Shown here in pieces: positions 25,734-39,136 of a DNA stretch of 64,000 nucleotides. This stretch comes from Takakia lepidozioides (Eukaryota > Plantae > Bryophyta). Each line of letters opens with the position of its first letter. Within the stretch, counting starts at the first letter, position 1. The notes below the pieces were generated by a model. It worked only from the letters and a program-made list of their open reading frames with translations. It ran no database searches and was not told the DNA's origin. The position numbers and the translations under genes were made by a program. Where the stretch lies: NCBI GenBank assembly GCA_030704615.1, contig CM060734.1, forward strand, positions 51,212,001 to 51,276,000, written 5' to 3'.

Positions 25734-26233
25734 NNNNNNNNNNNNNNNNNNNNNNNNNNNNNNNNNNNNNNNNNNNNNNNNNNNNNNNNNNNNNNNNNNN
25801 NNNNNNNNNNNNNNNNNNNNNNNNNNNNNNNNNNNNNNNNNNNNNNNNNNNNNNNNNNNNNNNNNNNNNNNNNNNNNNNNNNNNNNNNNNNNNNNNNNNN
25901 NNNNNNNNNNNNNNNNNNNNNNNNNNNNNNNNNNNNNNNNNNNNNNNNNNNNNNNNNNNNNNNNNNNNNNNNNNNNNNNNNNNNNNNNNNNNNNNNNNNN
26001 NNNNNNNNNNNNNNNNNNNNNNNNNNNNNNNNNNNNNNNNNNNNNNNNNNNNNNNNNNNNNNNNNNNNNNNNNNNNNNNNNNNNNNNNNNNNNNNNNNNN
26101 NNNNNNNNNNNNNNNNNNNNNNNNNNNNNNNNNNNNNNNNNNNNNNNNNNNNNNNNNNNNNNNNNNNNNNNNNNNNNNNNNNNNNNNNNNNNNNNNNNNN
26201 NNNNNNNNNNNNNNNNNNNNNNNNNNNNNNNNN
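25734..26233. other. assembly gap (500 N)
   Basis: Run of N. Confidence 1.
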
Positions 26234-28368
26234 TGCTTTGCCCTCCATTGGGCCTTGTGCTAACCAGACTTGCATAAGTTGGTTATCCACCAAGTTGCTT
26301 GTGGTTCCTCTGAGAGTGTGCTCCTCTCTTAGTTTGTACACATCTAATTGCTGTTGTAAAGCCTCCATGCGCTTCGCATGAGGTTCAACCAAATTCGCAT
26401 AGGCAGCAAGTAGATTATTGGCTTCCTTCCAAGCCTTATTATTGACCGAGATTTCATTTCTATTGGCCATGATCGTTTGTTGCAACTCTAGGATCTGCTT
26501 CTCTTGATCAGCTTCAATCTGCCTGTATTGCTTGAAAGTATCCTCATTGCGACAGATTGTATTCTTCATATCGACAATGAGTTTCATTTGCTCAACATTC
26601 TCTGCTTCTGCCTTCATACTTTTTTTCTGCTTGACTGTTTATTTCTTTGTAGTAGTTTGGTCAAGCATAGTTGTGAGTGTAGCACATTGTATGGCCATCA
26701 TGTCATGCACTGTCTGCAACTGCGTATGTAGTGCATTCACTTCTTGCAACTTGCTTTCATGCTGCACCTGCATTTGGTATAGCTGTTGCTTATGTGCTTC
26801 GTGCAACTGGTCTTGCGCGAGGCCTGCCTCAATCAATTGTTCCTTGGCCAATTGCAAAGCCGCTTCTGTATTCTCCAAGTCTTGCTGCATCTTGAGAGTG
26901 ACCTCCTCATCGACCTTGTTTGCACACTCAGTGGCTAGTCGAGCCTCAGACTCCTTCCTGAGTTCATCTCTCAAGGCTGTCAATTGGGTAGTTGGAACAT
27001 GGGATTTGACATAAGTCCCCAACAAATTAAGTGTCCTGCCTATGGAACTCATCAACATTGCCTGTTGAGGGTCATCATGGTGAGGTTGTTGCTGTTCCTC
27101 CTGATCCTCAACCGCGTGATGTCTCACGAACCACTCAGGCCATTGTCCCACCGGATTTTCTTCCCGAATTACTTCATCCATCACCGATGCTGCAGTGTCT
27201 TGACATTCTACCTGTGGTACCTCCGACACAGGTGTGTGTATTATATGCACCTCAGGATTTCCCTTGGGCAACTGTTGCACCTCTAGAATCTCTGTCTCCT
27301 TGACCAGACCAGAATATTCATATAGAAGGTCCCCCTTCTCAATTTCTGCCACTATCTGTTCTGTAGTTGGAATATCTAACCCTTCTTTTTCCTAATCAAT
27401 TATTTCTGGTTGAGCTGCATGGACAACTCGTAACCTTGTGACAAGCCGATCATCTGGCTGTGATGGCTGTGATACTGAAGTAACTTCCTCTTCCCTCTCT
27501 GAAGGTCCTGCTTCTAGTAATAGCAGTTCTTTGTGCTGCTGTGCCCCTTCCTGCACAAAAACTTGGGAAACATTATCATGCGGATTCCTTGAAGCCAGTG
27601 GATCCGCCACTACAGTCTTTCCGCGCCTTTGTCTCTTATTCTCGTGTTGTCCTGCCATTCCACCCTCACTGTGTGAAGAGCCTTGCTCTTCCATTGCAGT
27701 GGTTTCTGGCTCAAACACTCCCATCTCCTTTCTTTCTCGAGCATCAAGGATGTCAGAATCAAGAATTATTTGAGCAATGATTGGGCCAGACACTATGATA
27801 GGAGACTTTGCGGCAGTACCCTGTAATCTTTTCATCTCCTCTACCAGTGCGTTGTACATTATGTCCGCCCATTCTACCTCTTCTCCTCTCAGGGCTTTGA
27901 GTATTTTCTCTGTGAAGGATCTGCTCAAATACTGTTGGTTCTGTTTCATGGCAAACAGAACGTTCAATACCTGGCCTACCTCCTTAAGCCCTGGGTACAT
28001 GGCCTTGGTACAAGCATAACCCTGAGTTTTAAAGAAACTCCCTTTTTGGAATAAGTCCCCTATTTGCAGTCTTGCCCTGTGCTCCTCCACATGCACCTGG
28101 CCTGCTGGCAATCGAAACAATTGCTGTAGGTATAGGGGAGTAATTACTAATTCAACTCCCTTCACCGTTGTTGCTCATGTCCTTGGCTCAAAGTTCTGTA
28201 AGAATTGTAACATGTACTGTCTATGGTGCAATGTCCAATCTTTGCTTTGCAATCCTTGCAATCTCAGCTCCTTCAGTATCTGCATCGCCTGTGGGGTAGC
28301 AATTGCTTGTTTCTGCAGAATTGTGGTGCTCTTCACCCTGATTTCCTCCATTCCTCTCACTCTCTTCA
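26234..28368 (-). pseudogene. accessory 3' ORF of the Gypsy element (plant-transposon-protein-like N-terminus plus long coiled coil)
   Basis: ORFs 28175-28585, 27392-28165, 26639-27352 and 25592-26617 are all in one frame, separated by single stops. Contains VKGVELVITP..LFRLP / GEEVEWADI motifs, then a heptad-rich region. Confidence 0.65.
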
Positions 28369-29082
28369 TTCTAGACCCACAGAACTGTTTTGGCTGTAAC
28401 AATTGAAGAAATGCCTGTAGTGCACAAAGCATAAACGTATGGTTGCCACAAAAAGCTATGGGTAATTTCTTGTAAGCCTGCGGGGCTTGCAAGCATCGAT
28501 CAAGAGAAAAGCTCCGCTCTGTTCTTTCGTGTCTATGCCACTGCGTAAGTAATATTGCGAGCGTATAGTCTGTTAGTTCCTCCATAGCTTCAAAGCTATA
28601 GCATTGATGGTTTGTCCCGTCGAGACGCCCGTTACTCAGAACGACGCCGCCTCTTGCGCTTAATTTCCCTCCAATTTCTTGATCCTTTCTCTGGCTTTCT
28701 ATTGGCTGTAACCGCTGTGACTAGATTTTAGATTTCATTTTCTTTAGTGGACTTTCCCTGCTGGATAGTCCACGAGGATCACACATGTGAGAAGAATTTC
28801 GCTTTTCTGTACTTGTTGTTTGTTCCGTTCCCCTTTTTCCGTATTCATTAATGGGCCCGCCATTCATCCGAATTGACGCGCTAAGTAGGTACTTTGACGG
28901 CCATCTTTGTCCTCTTTCTTGATGACACCTGTTCTTGCACTTCCTTCTCAGCTGTGTGTCGCGCCCTGACTTCCACGTGTCTATTTTTAAACCGGTTTCC
29001 GTCCTTTCTTCCGTCGGCCATTTTCCTGAAGTTATTGGGCGTCCACCTGTCACTGATTCTATGGATCGTGTAACCCTAGTAG

Positions 29083-29352
29083 GCTGTGTTGAGCTGTGAC
29101 AGGCTGTGTCATACTATGGTACGCTGTGATAGGCTGTGACACGCGGTGGTAGGTTGTGATAGGCTGTGTTGCGCCGTGCTGGGCTGTGATAGGCTGTGTC
29201 ACGTTGTGATGGGCTATGATAGGCTGTGTTTCGCCTTGATGGGCTGTGATAGGCTGTGTTTCGCCTTGATAGGCTGTGATAGGCTGTGTCACGTCGTGAT
29301 GGACTGTGATAGGCTGTGTTTTGCCTTGATGGGCTGTGATAGGCTGTGTCAC
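29083..29352 (+). repeat. GGCTGTGAT/AGGCTGTGT minisatellite (~30-bp higher-order unit)
   Basis: Repeated GGGCTGTGATAGGCTGTGT...; lies just downstream of the integrase. Confidence 0.9.
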
Positions 29353-32300
29353 GCTTGTTCTGCCCGCCCTGGTCATATATGCTTGGCCTAGCGACAAGTG
29401 CTCCATATTCCGTTGGTAACACTGGCACAGCCCGTGACTGCTCTTGCGTTTCAACATGCAAATCATGCTGCAATGGTTTGTCATGGATACCACTGTATCC
29501 CTTTAACTTATTGGCATTGACTCTTCCCAGCATTTCTTTGTTAATGGTTTGTAACATGGCGGTGTTGTTATCATACATCTTTTGTATGACATAAGGTCCT
29601 TTCCATGGTGATTTAAGCTTAGAAGCTTTAATTTTTCCCTTCTTCTGCAACCATAGAACCAAATCTCCCGTCTTAAAAGTTTTTAACTTGTTTTCGTCAA
29701 ACTGTTCCTTCCTCTTCATCTGAATTCTGGTCATATTATCAGCTGCATCAGCACGTACTTCTTCCACATGGTATAATTCATGTTTCCTGACCTTAATGGA
29801 ATCTTGCAATTCCTTTCTCTTTCCCCACTCCGCTCTCATGGTAGGTAACAGGAATTCCACTGGAAGTAAGGCTTCCATACCATAAACTAATTGGAATAGT
29901 GTGTACTTAGTGGTGACTTTATATGAAGTCCTGTATGACCACAAAGCTGTCAACAGCTTTGTATCCCAATCCGTTCTGTTTGCATTGACTATCTTAGCCA
30001 AGATAGTACATAGTATTTTGTTGGTAGCCTCTGCCTGTCCATTACCCTGTGGGTAATATGTTGTACTCTTCCTATGCACAATCATGAATTCTCTAGTCAA
30101 TAATTCAATGGTCTCATTAATGAAGTGACTTCCCTGATCACTAATAAATTCTAAGGGATTGTAGTGTGAATGCAGGGGAGTAACATTGAAAATTTTGTTG
30201 GGCATCAAATTACGGCATTGATGAAAAAGGGAGTGCCTGGTACTAATGTCGGGAGGGAATTACCCAGGCCTACAGGTAATTCCATGGGAACACTATGCTC
30301 TTGCTCTGCCAGGACAAAATATGGCTAAGTCATAACATGCGCATTTTTCATCCTTGGAATGAATGATTTTCGTCGTGTATGTTTAACCTAGAAACTCGAG
30401 CTGAGGAAAACGAGGAGGAAGACGACGGGCAACTCTTCACAGCTGCTGCCGTGGAGTTGTCAGGCAGGCTGGCTTGGGAACTTACACCTGCGCCATGTGA
30501 ATCAGCTTGCCTTAAAGCGCGACGTTAAGGGATCTGCTTGGCATTTTGTGCAAGGAGAAGCGGTGCCTCTTTCTGCGTGGTAATAATCAATTTTGAAAGC
30601 TGAGCAGGTGCTAAGAGCGGTGCACTACCGCTGCCGCCATTGTCTTGAAGAGTACAGTTATGAGGAGATAGAGCGCAGCAACAGCTGTTGGGGAATGAGA
30701 AGTGCAGGCTGGTGTGGATGCGACTCGGGTTATCTGTAATTAAGACTTGTAGTTACCTTCTGTCTTAGAGCTGTAGGAGCACATCAATCCTTAGGGCAGA
30801 AGTACACATGTAGAAGGATAGGGTAGAGGTTGGCAAGCACAAGGATGTTGCCAGCTGATGAAGCAAGCCGTCATGACATGATGAGAACTGGAATCAAGAT
30901 GAGAAGAAGCGTTGAATATGGCTGATGACAGCGATGGTGAGGTGCCAGCTTAGCAAGCAGAACCACCGCTTCACACGAGTATAAGACAGATAAGTTCTAA
31001 GAATGTTGGCTTCTCTTTTTGGGCACTTAGGAATGACTTTGTGAAGTTTTTGGAACTGTCTCTTGTATCTGCTGAAGGGGACAGAAATGTGAGGAGTAGA
31101 AAAGGCCTTTGAAAATGGAATGAAGACACTGGAATTCAAACCAGGATAGGGTGGAGATGGATGCACCTGTTGTTACACTGTCATTAGGAAAAAGATAGAG
31201 GGGACAAGGATAGCTCACATCAGGGTCAGAATGGTTGCTGTTGTTGTGTTCATTTTCTTTATTTTCAGTGTCTTCAGCCAGCATAAGCAAACCAGCCCTG
31301 GATGTTAAAACAGTGGAGCCAGTGTAGAATTAGCTTGGTGGATAAAGGAGAACAGGGATGGTCAGACAGAAACGGATTTGAAGAACTGAGAGGGATGACG
31401 TGGATGGGGAAGAAAAGTCAATACTGTTTTGGGGTTTGGATCTGATTTATAGAAGTGTTCTCAGCATGTGAATGACTGAGGTTTGCATTTGAGGAGAAAA
31501 AGAGAGCTGTCAGGGTGTGTGATTTGAGATCTGTAGAAGGGTTGTGAAGCACCTTGGCCAAATAGGATCCACTTGGGGAAAGATAGTGCAAGGACCAGTC
31601 ACTGGAGAGAGAGAAAAGAGAAAGACCGACAGAGGGGCAGATCATGTCTTGTAACCAAGGTTGACTTCAATGATGGATGCACTGGATGCCTGGCTGGATG
31701 TGCATTTGCATTGCATCATAGCCATGCTGTTGTGAAAAAGTGAGGAATCCACACACCAAGGAAAAAGGATTTGAGAGAAAGAAAAAGTGAAAAGGGAGAA
31801 GGGTTGATGAGGGATGGACAAATGGAGAGGCAAGGTCAAGAAGACATGAACCCTGAATGATCAAACTAGTGGGCCTGCAGTTCATGGCAGATCTGAGCTG
31901 TCCACCCACCTAGACCGTGATCTCATTACAAAAAGGGGCTTCCGACGTGTTGCAGACCAAGGGAACTGCCCACAAGGGCAGTGTTTATCACTGACATAGG
32001 GCTGATTGCATCACTGAATACATCGTGGCAGCATAGTTGGTGCTGTACCTGCAGGTAGAGGATGTTGTGTAAAAGGTAGAACCAAGAGTGAACAACAATT
32101 TGACTCCCCATCCATGTCTTCTCTTCCGCTGCGGCGTGGATGAGGATTGCTTGAACTCTGATCACGAAGGAGCTGAGGGAAACCCACAGCCAACTGACGA
32201 CAGTAGGACAGAAAAGAAGAACCTTCTTTCTTTTGCTCCGCTTAGAATGGAAGGAAGCACAATTAGAATTATACAGAAGGGGATTCACGCCCCTTCTTTT

Positions 32301-35300
32301 CACACTACAGGATAGCCAAATCGTGTAAGTATGTTCTCATACAGGAACCTTGCTGTAGACTTGGCTGTGTTGTCCCTCAAAGCTTTAGCTTCCACCCACT
32401 TCGTAGTATAATCAGTGGCTGTAATTATGTACCTCATCCGTGTATTCTTGGCTGGTGGGTTAATCGGTCCAACAAAGTCTAGTCCCCATTTCTGAAATGG
32501 TTCCGTAGGCATTGTAGGATGCAAGGCCATCCTTCCAGATCTCTGCAAAGCTCCTAGCCTCTGACATTCATCACAACTCTGACAATACTCGTGTACATCT
32601 TTGAACAAAGTAGGCCACCAGTAACCTGCGAGTAGTATCTTCCTACTGATAGTCTCTTCTCCAAAATGACCTCCAGCCACTCCTTTATGAACTTCCTCCA
32701 AAACTTTATTTACTTCATGGTGGTACAAGCATCGTTTTAGTACTCCATCAGGTCCTAGCTTATACATTCTGCTTCCTACCATAGTATAAGGTAAAGCTTT
32801 GATAGCGATTCTCTTCCTCTGCTCCTTACCATAACTAGGTGGGCATTGACCATGAGTAAGGTAGTATCTGATTGGCCACTGCCAATCTAACCATTCATCT
32901 GCACTTCCTTGCACCTCCATTATAAATAAACTCGCATCAGGTAACTGATCGTCCACTCCTGTGGCGGCCTCTCCTGTTGTTAGTCGTGACAAATGATCTG
33001 CTACAAGATGCAAACGGCCAGGCTTGTAAATAACCTCGAACTCAAACTCATGCAAGATTATTAACCACCTCGCTATCCTTCCACTTATCAAAGGTTTGTT
33101 CACCAGATATATCAGATCCTGGTGATCCACATAAAACATAAACTTCTTCCCAATAGGTAATGCCTGAATTTCTTGACTGCATAAATCATTGCCAGTGCTT
33201 CTCTTTCAGTTGTGCTATAGTTTCTTTCAGCACTGTTCATCAACCTGCTAGCATAGTACACAGGTGAATCTATATTTCCTGTAACATTCTGGGCTAACAC
33301 TGCTCCCAACGCTTCTCCTGATACATCGCAGTGAACATGAAATACTACATGCCAGTGAGGGTTAATCAGCATAGGTGTAGTTGTTACTGACAGTGTAAGT
33401 TCCTCAAACGCCTATTGACATTCAGCTGTCCAGGCAAACACTGCATATTTCTTTAGAAGCTTGCTCAATGGTGCTGCTATTTGTGCATACCTTTTGACAA
33501 ATCTTCTGTAATAACTGGTTTGCCCAAGGAATCTCCTCAAACTCTTAACATTCACTGGTGGTGGAGAGGCTTTAATGGACTCTGTCTTCATGGGATCCAC
33601 AAGAAGTCCCTTCTTACACACAATGTGTCCCAGAAGCACCCCTGAATTCACACAGAAAGTACACTTCTCTGGATTCAAGCCCAGACCTCTCATCCTGCAT
33701 TTGGCCAGACATAACTCCAATTTATGCAAGTGCTCATTCTTAGAGCTGTACATACTGAAATCATCCAAGAACACCTGCATGAAATCATCCAGATACTCAT
33801 GAAAAGATTCACTTATTACTCTCTGAAAGGTTGCTGGTGCATTACAAAGTCCAAAGGGCATGACTTTGTATGCATAAGCACCCCAGTCTGTGATGAAAGC
33901 TGTCTTTCCTTGATCTTCTTCTGCCACTTGCACTTGATTATAACCACTGAACCCATCCATGAATGAGTACATCTCATGGCCTGCCACAGTGTCCAATACT
34001 GCTTCTGTGAATGGCAAAGGGAAAGGATCTTTCTTCGTACAAGCATTCAGCTTCTTGTAGTTCACACATACTCTTAGTTTACCATTCTTCTTGGGAACTA
34101 TAACAATGGATGACAACCAAGTTGTATACTCTATTGGGTATATAAACTTAGCCTCAGCCAACTTCTTAATCTCTTCTCCAACCTTCTGTGCGTAGTTGGG
34201 ATTCATTCTGTACCTCGCCTGCTTGATTGGTACTGACCCTGGTTCCAGTTCAATCTTATGCTGACAGACTTCAGGTGGTATCCCTTTTAGATCCTCATAG
34301 CTCCAAGCAAATACATCTCTGTATTTGATGAACAAGCTTTTAGCTTCTTCAAAGAATTCCGGCTCCAAATCAGCTCCTACTTTCACCATCCTCGGTTCAT
34401 CTTTAGTTCCCACATTCACTTCCTTCACCTGCTCATCAGCTGTGATTGTCCAATCAGTCACCACTTCATCCTGTAAGCTCACAGTGGCTGGTTCCTCTAG
34501 GATTTCCATTTCTCCTTCTCTTTCTTCATAGAAATGTGATGGGTAACTGCTGGTTTCCTCTTCAGTTGGTGTTGCTGTCACTACACCACAGCAGATACCT
34601 CTTAAACAACTTAGGCTTTCCAGCCACATCTCTGCAACCTGCTCCCACTCTGGGTGTGCAGCAAATAGGGTAGCTTCCTGCTCCTCATCCAGTCCTCCTT
34701 TCCAGTCATACTCTCTGACTCCTCGAGGTCTTCTCGTAGCAGGTAATCTACTAGATTTCTTTGTGGTAATTTGTATCTCGTGTATCCCATTATGCACGGT
34801 TAGTAACTGAGAATTCCAGTCATGGAATACCCTGGCTTGTTTCAGCCACGGACGTCCCAATAATAAGGAGTAAGCCTCCATGACTTCATCCATCTTCAAC
34901 ACAGTTACTGTGATCATAAAGATCATCTTCTGTATCTGTATCTTAACTCCTCTTATTAATCCCAATGGCTGTACACTTCTTTGATCTGCCATTGTTACTG
35001 TAAATTGGGCTGGTTTCATGTTACTTAGACCAAGCTTCTTTCTTAATTGGTCTGTCATGATATTTACTCCAGAACCTCCATCTATCAGTACATCAGTTAG
35101 TTATGTGCTTCCAATTCTCAATTGGATTACTGGCATAGAATCATCAAAGTCCATGACTGTTTCTCGCCCTTCCGGCTTCACATTATAACTGGTCACCTTG
35201 CTGTTCAGGTCTGTGTTTCCTGTCTCCTGGGCAATTCGATTGATTGCTTGATACAGCCTATGCCTACAATAAGGTGCCACAGCCAATAGCTGTCCAATGG

Positions 35301-35682
35301 TAATCTCTGCTTTGGTCTGGCATATTACTTCAGCCAAAGTCTCTTCATTACTTTGCATGCCTGCATCTTCTTTCTTTCTTTCATCCTCACTCCCTTCTTC
35401 TTCTTCATCAGAATCAGAGGAATCTGCCACAGGAATATCAGTACTCTTTTGCATTTCCCTTATGGTATCTGCCACTTCCTCGTGCAGTTCCTTCTCATCT
35501 TTCCAAGTCTCTTCATCTTCAGGCATATCACTGCCATCTTCATTATCATCATCTTCCTCAGCTAGTGGAGGTATTAGTTTGGCTTTGCTTCTGGTTACTA
35601 TCATTGTACTTACTTCTGGTACAACACATGGCCTAACCATGTGAGCTGCCACCACTGGGCCCTCATTCACAGGAGCTCTCAT
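29114..35682 (-). pseudogene. pol: pol (PR-RT-RH-INT) of the Athila/Tat-like element, split by an insertion
   Basis: ORFs 35101-35682, 33412-35058, 33112-33372, 32300-33139 and 29114-30208. LTRFGYP|LEFISDQG rejoins across 30160-32309. Confidence 0.9.
30160..32309. mobile_element. 2150-bp non-coding insert with 11-bp terminal inverted repeats and 4-bp TSD (solo LTR or non-autonomous Ginger-like element)
   Basis: TGTAGTGTGAA...TTCACACTACA flanked by GGAT at 30156-30159 and 32310-32313. Removing it restores the integrase frame. Confidence 0.9.
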
Positions 35683-35700
35683 CTCATTCTGGTGTCTTAT

Positions 35701-37634
35701 CTAGAATGAACAGGCTGCCCTGCGATGTCCTGGCTGATTACAATAGTAACATAGTTCTTCACCATTGGGTCCTCGCCCTTGGTCTGTTCTTGGATTATTT
35801 CTGTAATCCTGATTCCCGGGCTGGTAATTCCCCCTTGGATTACCCTGATAGTTGCCTCTGGAATTTCCTTGGTAATTCCCTCTTGAATTACCTCTCCCTT
35901 CCATGCCATTGTTATAACCACCAGACCTACCATAGCGGTCCTGATCATTGTTTCTTCTTGGCTGGGGCTGCACCTGATGCACCCTTACTTGCCTAGGTTC
36001 TCTTGCAGCTGTCCTTCTGTTGTAGTAACAATTCTCAGTAGAATGGTTATCCATTTTACAGATAGTACAGTGTTTCTCCTTCATGTGGCATTCTGTGGTG
36101 GTATGGCCTTCATTCTGGCACTTTGCACACCAAACACCCTTCCTCCAATGTGTTGCAGCCTCTGTGACATACTTCTTCAAGATTTCTTCCAATCTTTTTT
36201 CATAGTTATCCCTCTTCAGCTTCTCCTTTCTCTTACTCTTCCTTTTTAGTTCTTGCTCTTCTTCTTCATCTGACTCATCCTCAGAGTCCTCATCATCCCT
36301 TTTCTCTCTCCTGAGCATTCCCAATTGCTCAATTCTGTTTGCAGTTTCAAATGCCTCCTCCACTGTATTATGGGGTAACATATCCACTTTCTTTTGCAAC
36401 TCTGGTCTTAGTCCACTCACAAACCAAGTCTTCTGTAAACCGGGTGCTGGTACTGCAACCAGCTTTTTCATCATCAATTCCATCTTTTCCATATACTCCT
36501 CAACAGTTTCATGCTTCTTTTGCTTTAACTGTTGTAAACTTCCATACACTTCATCCTCAGTTTTACTTGTCCTGAACCTATTTCGAAATGTTGTATTCAA
36601 GCCATTCCAGGTTAGGAAATGATTATCAGGGAATCTTGCATACCATTCACTTGCTTTCTTGATAAGTGAACAAGGAAACAATCTCATCTTGGCATCATCG
36701 CCATTCTCATTGTTCACTATACACATGTGCTCAAATTGGCTAATGTGTACATCGGGATCCTCTTTCCCTGAATATATTGGAAAGGGTGGTTTTGCCCGTG
36801 TTGGTTGTAACGCCATCTGTGGCCCTACCTTCTGCCCACTGACAGGTGCTGGCACCCTTGCTGGTGCTGGTCCTTCAGGACCTGCGGAAGGTGAAGAAGG
36901 AGGAGAGGATGTGGCAGAGCCAACGGAGAGTTCAGACTCTCCAACACCATTGCAGTTGAGTTACATGAGTGAAGAAGAAACCCAAGGACAGAACTTGGAG
37001 GATGAAAACAGGGAGAAGAAATTGGAAGAGTATGAAAAAGTAGACCCAACAGCTGAGGTTGAGACTACAACCAGGACATCCCAACCCGTTGGACCTGGAT
37101 CAAGTGGAGCACTTGGATCACAGGCCAACAAAGGTGTCGGCTCAGGGGGATCAGGCGGGCGGCCTGGATCTGGCTCTGGGGGGACAGGGAGTGTGGGAAG
37201 TAGTGCAACTGAAGCTGGGAATACTGTGAATATCGTGGGGCCACTAGCAGGGAGTGCTCAAGGGCCACCACTTGGTGGAAAATCCATCAGAAAAACGAAA
37301 CTGGAGTTCCTGCTTTTGGTGTTCCATGCCAACTCTTATCAAAGATTTCTGTCAAATCTTTTATCCAGGGATGTACCTCAGATCTTTCACCTCGTGATTG
37401 ATCTTCTTCTCGTACCAATTCCCTTAATCTTTCTTGCAAAGAAACAGAAGGAGTGGTATCCAACTCTAGTTCTTCCTGTATGGGTGATGTACTCTTTGAT
37501 CTTAATGGTGTGAGAGGTCCAGATGATTCCCCTATGTCTATTCCTCTCTCCCAAAGATATGGATAATTAGCTTTCAGATAGCTTTCTCTTTTTACTGAAT
37601 ATCTCTGGCGTCTATCTTCTCTTTCATCACTCAT
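35701..37634 (-). pseudogene. gag: gag of the Athila/Tat-like element
   Basis: YSGKEDPDVHISQF, LFPCSL..KASEWY, Q..ETVEEY..F/GLRPE motifs and zinc knuckles CAKCQNEGHTTTEC, CTICKMDNHSTENC, CYYCNQPGHRRAAC. The N-terminal part (37287-37634) is inferred. Confidence 0.85.
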
Positions 37635-37656
37635 GTCCCATGTCTTTCATTTCTTT

Positions 37657-38352
37657 TTAACGTGGCAATAACCAAAACTCTCTTCCGTAATATCTCTCGT
37701 ATATGCCTGGGTTTCTTTCAAGCTTCAATGCACCCTTGGTTATACTTGAAGTCTCCGTTACCATATAACCATATGGCAAACAAGTCCGAAAAGCTGTTCT
37801 TGGTGTGAGTTTGATCCACAAAATATCCTTTGGAATCCAATTCTTTACCAGTACAAGCTCTTCATGCATATGAGTATAAACATTCACCTTTCTTTCTTCC
37901 CAGCCTTCAAACTCTACTCGCTTAATGGATAGCAATGCTATCACATAAACCAACGTTGGTAACCAACGTGCTCTTCCTCTACAGGCTACCTGATAAATCT
38001 TTATCACTCCTTTCTCCAGACCCCATTCTGGATCAGCATCATGCACTCGCTTAAGAATATTTTCTTTACAACCGTCTGGCAATTCCAAGAACCTTTGAAA
38101 GAATTGTTTGGACAATCTTTCTTCCTTCGTTCCATAGGGAATTTGATTCACTTCAAATTCTTTAATGGTCCAACCACCATGATCCCACCAGATGCCTGTC
38201 ACATCTGGTTGTTCATGACTCAGTTCCCCAGTATGGTCGCCAAATGTCGCGCAGCTTTTACTCACCCATCCCTTCGCTATCCGAGGCGGAAACTCCAAGA
38301 TAGAAGAGTTGGAAATCTCTAAGTACTCAGCCCGCTCAGAACAATCAGTCAT
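37657..38352 (-). CDS. uncharacterised 231-aa ORF upstream of gag (element accessory ORF)
   Basis: Open ATG-started ORF inside the element on the same strand as gag. No recognisable motif. Confidence 0.5.
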   Translation of the reverse strand: MTDCSERAEYLEISNSSILEFPPRIAKGWVSKSCATFGDHTGELSHEQPDVTGIWWDHGGWTIKEFEVNQIPYGTKEERLSKQFFQRFLELPDGCKENILKRVHDADPEWGLEKGVIKIYQVACRGRARWLPTLVYVIALLSIKRVEFEGWEERKVNVYTHMHEELVLVKNWIPKDILWIKLTPRTAFRTCLPYGYMVTETSSITKGALKLERNPGIYERYYGREFWLLPR

Positions 38353-38365
38353 GACCTACAACTAG

Positions 38366-39136
38366 TGTATCATGGGGGTGTTTCCTATTTGTTTTCCCTT
38401 CCGCATTCATGTTAGCTACCTTACTAGTGATAATTTAAGTATCAGTTTGCTTCATCAATCTATCGGATTCCATCAACTCATCATTCATTCCACAGCTTCA
38501 CTCAGATCTCTCTACACAGTGTGATTGTATCGTATAAGTATCAGATTATGATTTATCAGGTATCAGGCCGAAGCCATTTCAATACGAGTTTTGGTTACTC
38601 GTCATTATTAAAAGTGTCTCTAATCTGCTCTACAATATCACTACAGCTTTGCATATAACAAGCATCTACTAATCATCTCTCCTCCTTCACCGTGCTCTCC
38701 ATCTTTGCTTTTGTTCTTGCTCTCCGCCCGATCCCCTCTCATGCATGACCAAGTAGTCTCCCCGTGAAGTGTCTTCCTTCAGTCCTTGCTCCTCCTTTTA
38801 TCTTCCTACCCGTTGTTCTTAACCGCTTCCCTCACTAACCGTCGTCCGTGAACTAACATGTTCCCTTCGCAGGTGTTGTTCCCCACAGTCGTTCCCTGTC
38901 CTGCTATCCTTTCCCTATGGTCGTGACAGTTGTGTCAAGCTGTGACTGGCTGTGCGACTATGTTTGGCTGTGTCGGGCTGTTACTGGCTGTGTGGCTGTG
39001 TCGGCTATGATGGGCTGTGTTGGCTGTGACTGGCTGTGTTGGCTATGACGGGCTGTGTAACCCCCTTCTAAAGTGCGCTGCTGTCACCCCTAAGGCTCAT
39101 GGTCTCAGTCTGTGCAAAAATTAAGGGTACCCTACA
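38366..39136 (-). repeat. putative 5' LTR of the Athila/Tat-like element
   Basis: Bounded by TGTA...TACA and contains GGCTGTG repeats at 38935-39058. Inner boundary uncertain because the partner LTR is in the gap. Confidence 0.4.

Larger units (their letters stand above)
26234..39136 (-). mobile_element. Ty3/Gypsy LTR retrotransposon, Athila/Tat-like non-chromovirus, 3' end lost in gap
   Basis: gag with CCHC knuckles, RT (KKDPFPLPF, FLDDF), RNaseH, integrase (KWGLDF, SDQG, YYPQGNGQAE). Starts TGTAGGGTACCC on the minus strand at 39136. Confidence 0.88.

Noticed and set aside
25635-26381. ORFs spanning poly-X
   Set aside because: Artefacts of the N gap.
36659-37513. 284-aa plus-strand ORF
   Set aside because: Antisense shadow of the low-complexity gag N-terminus.
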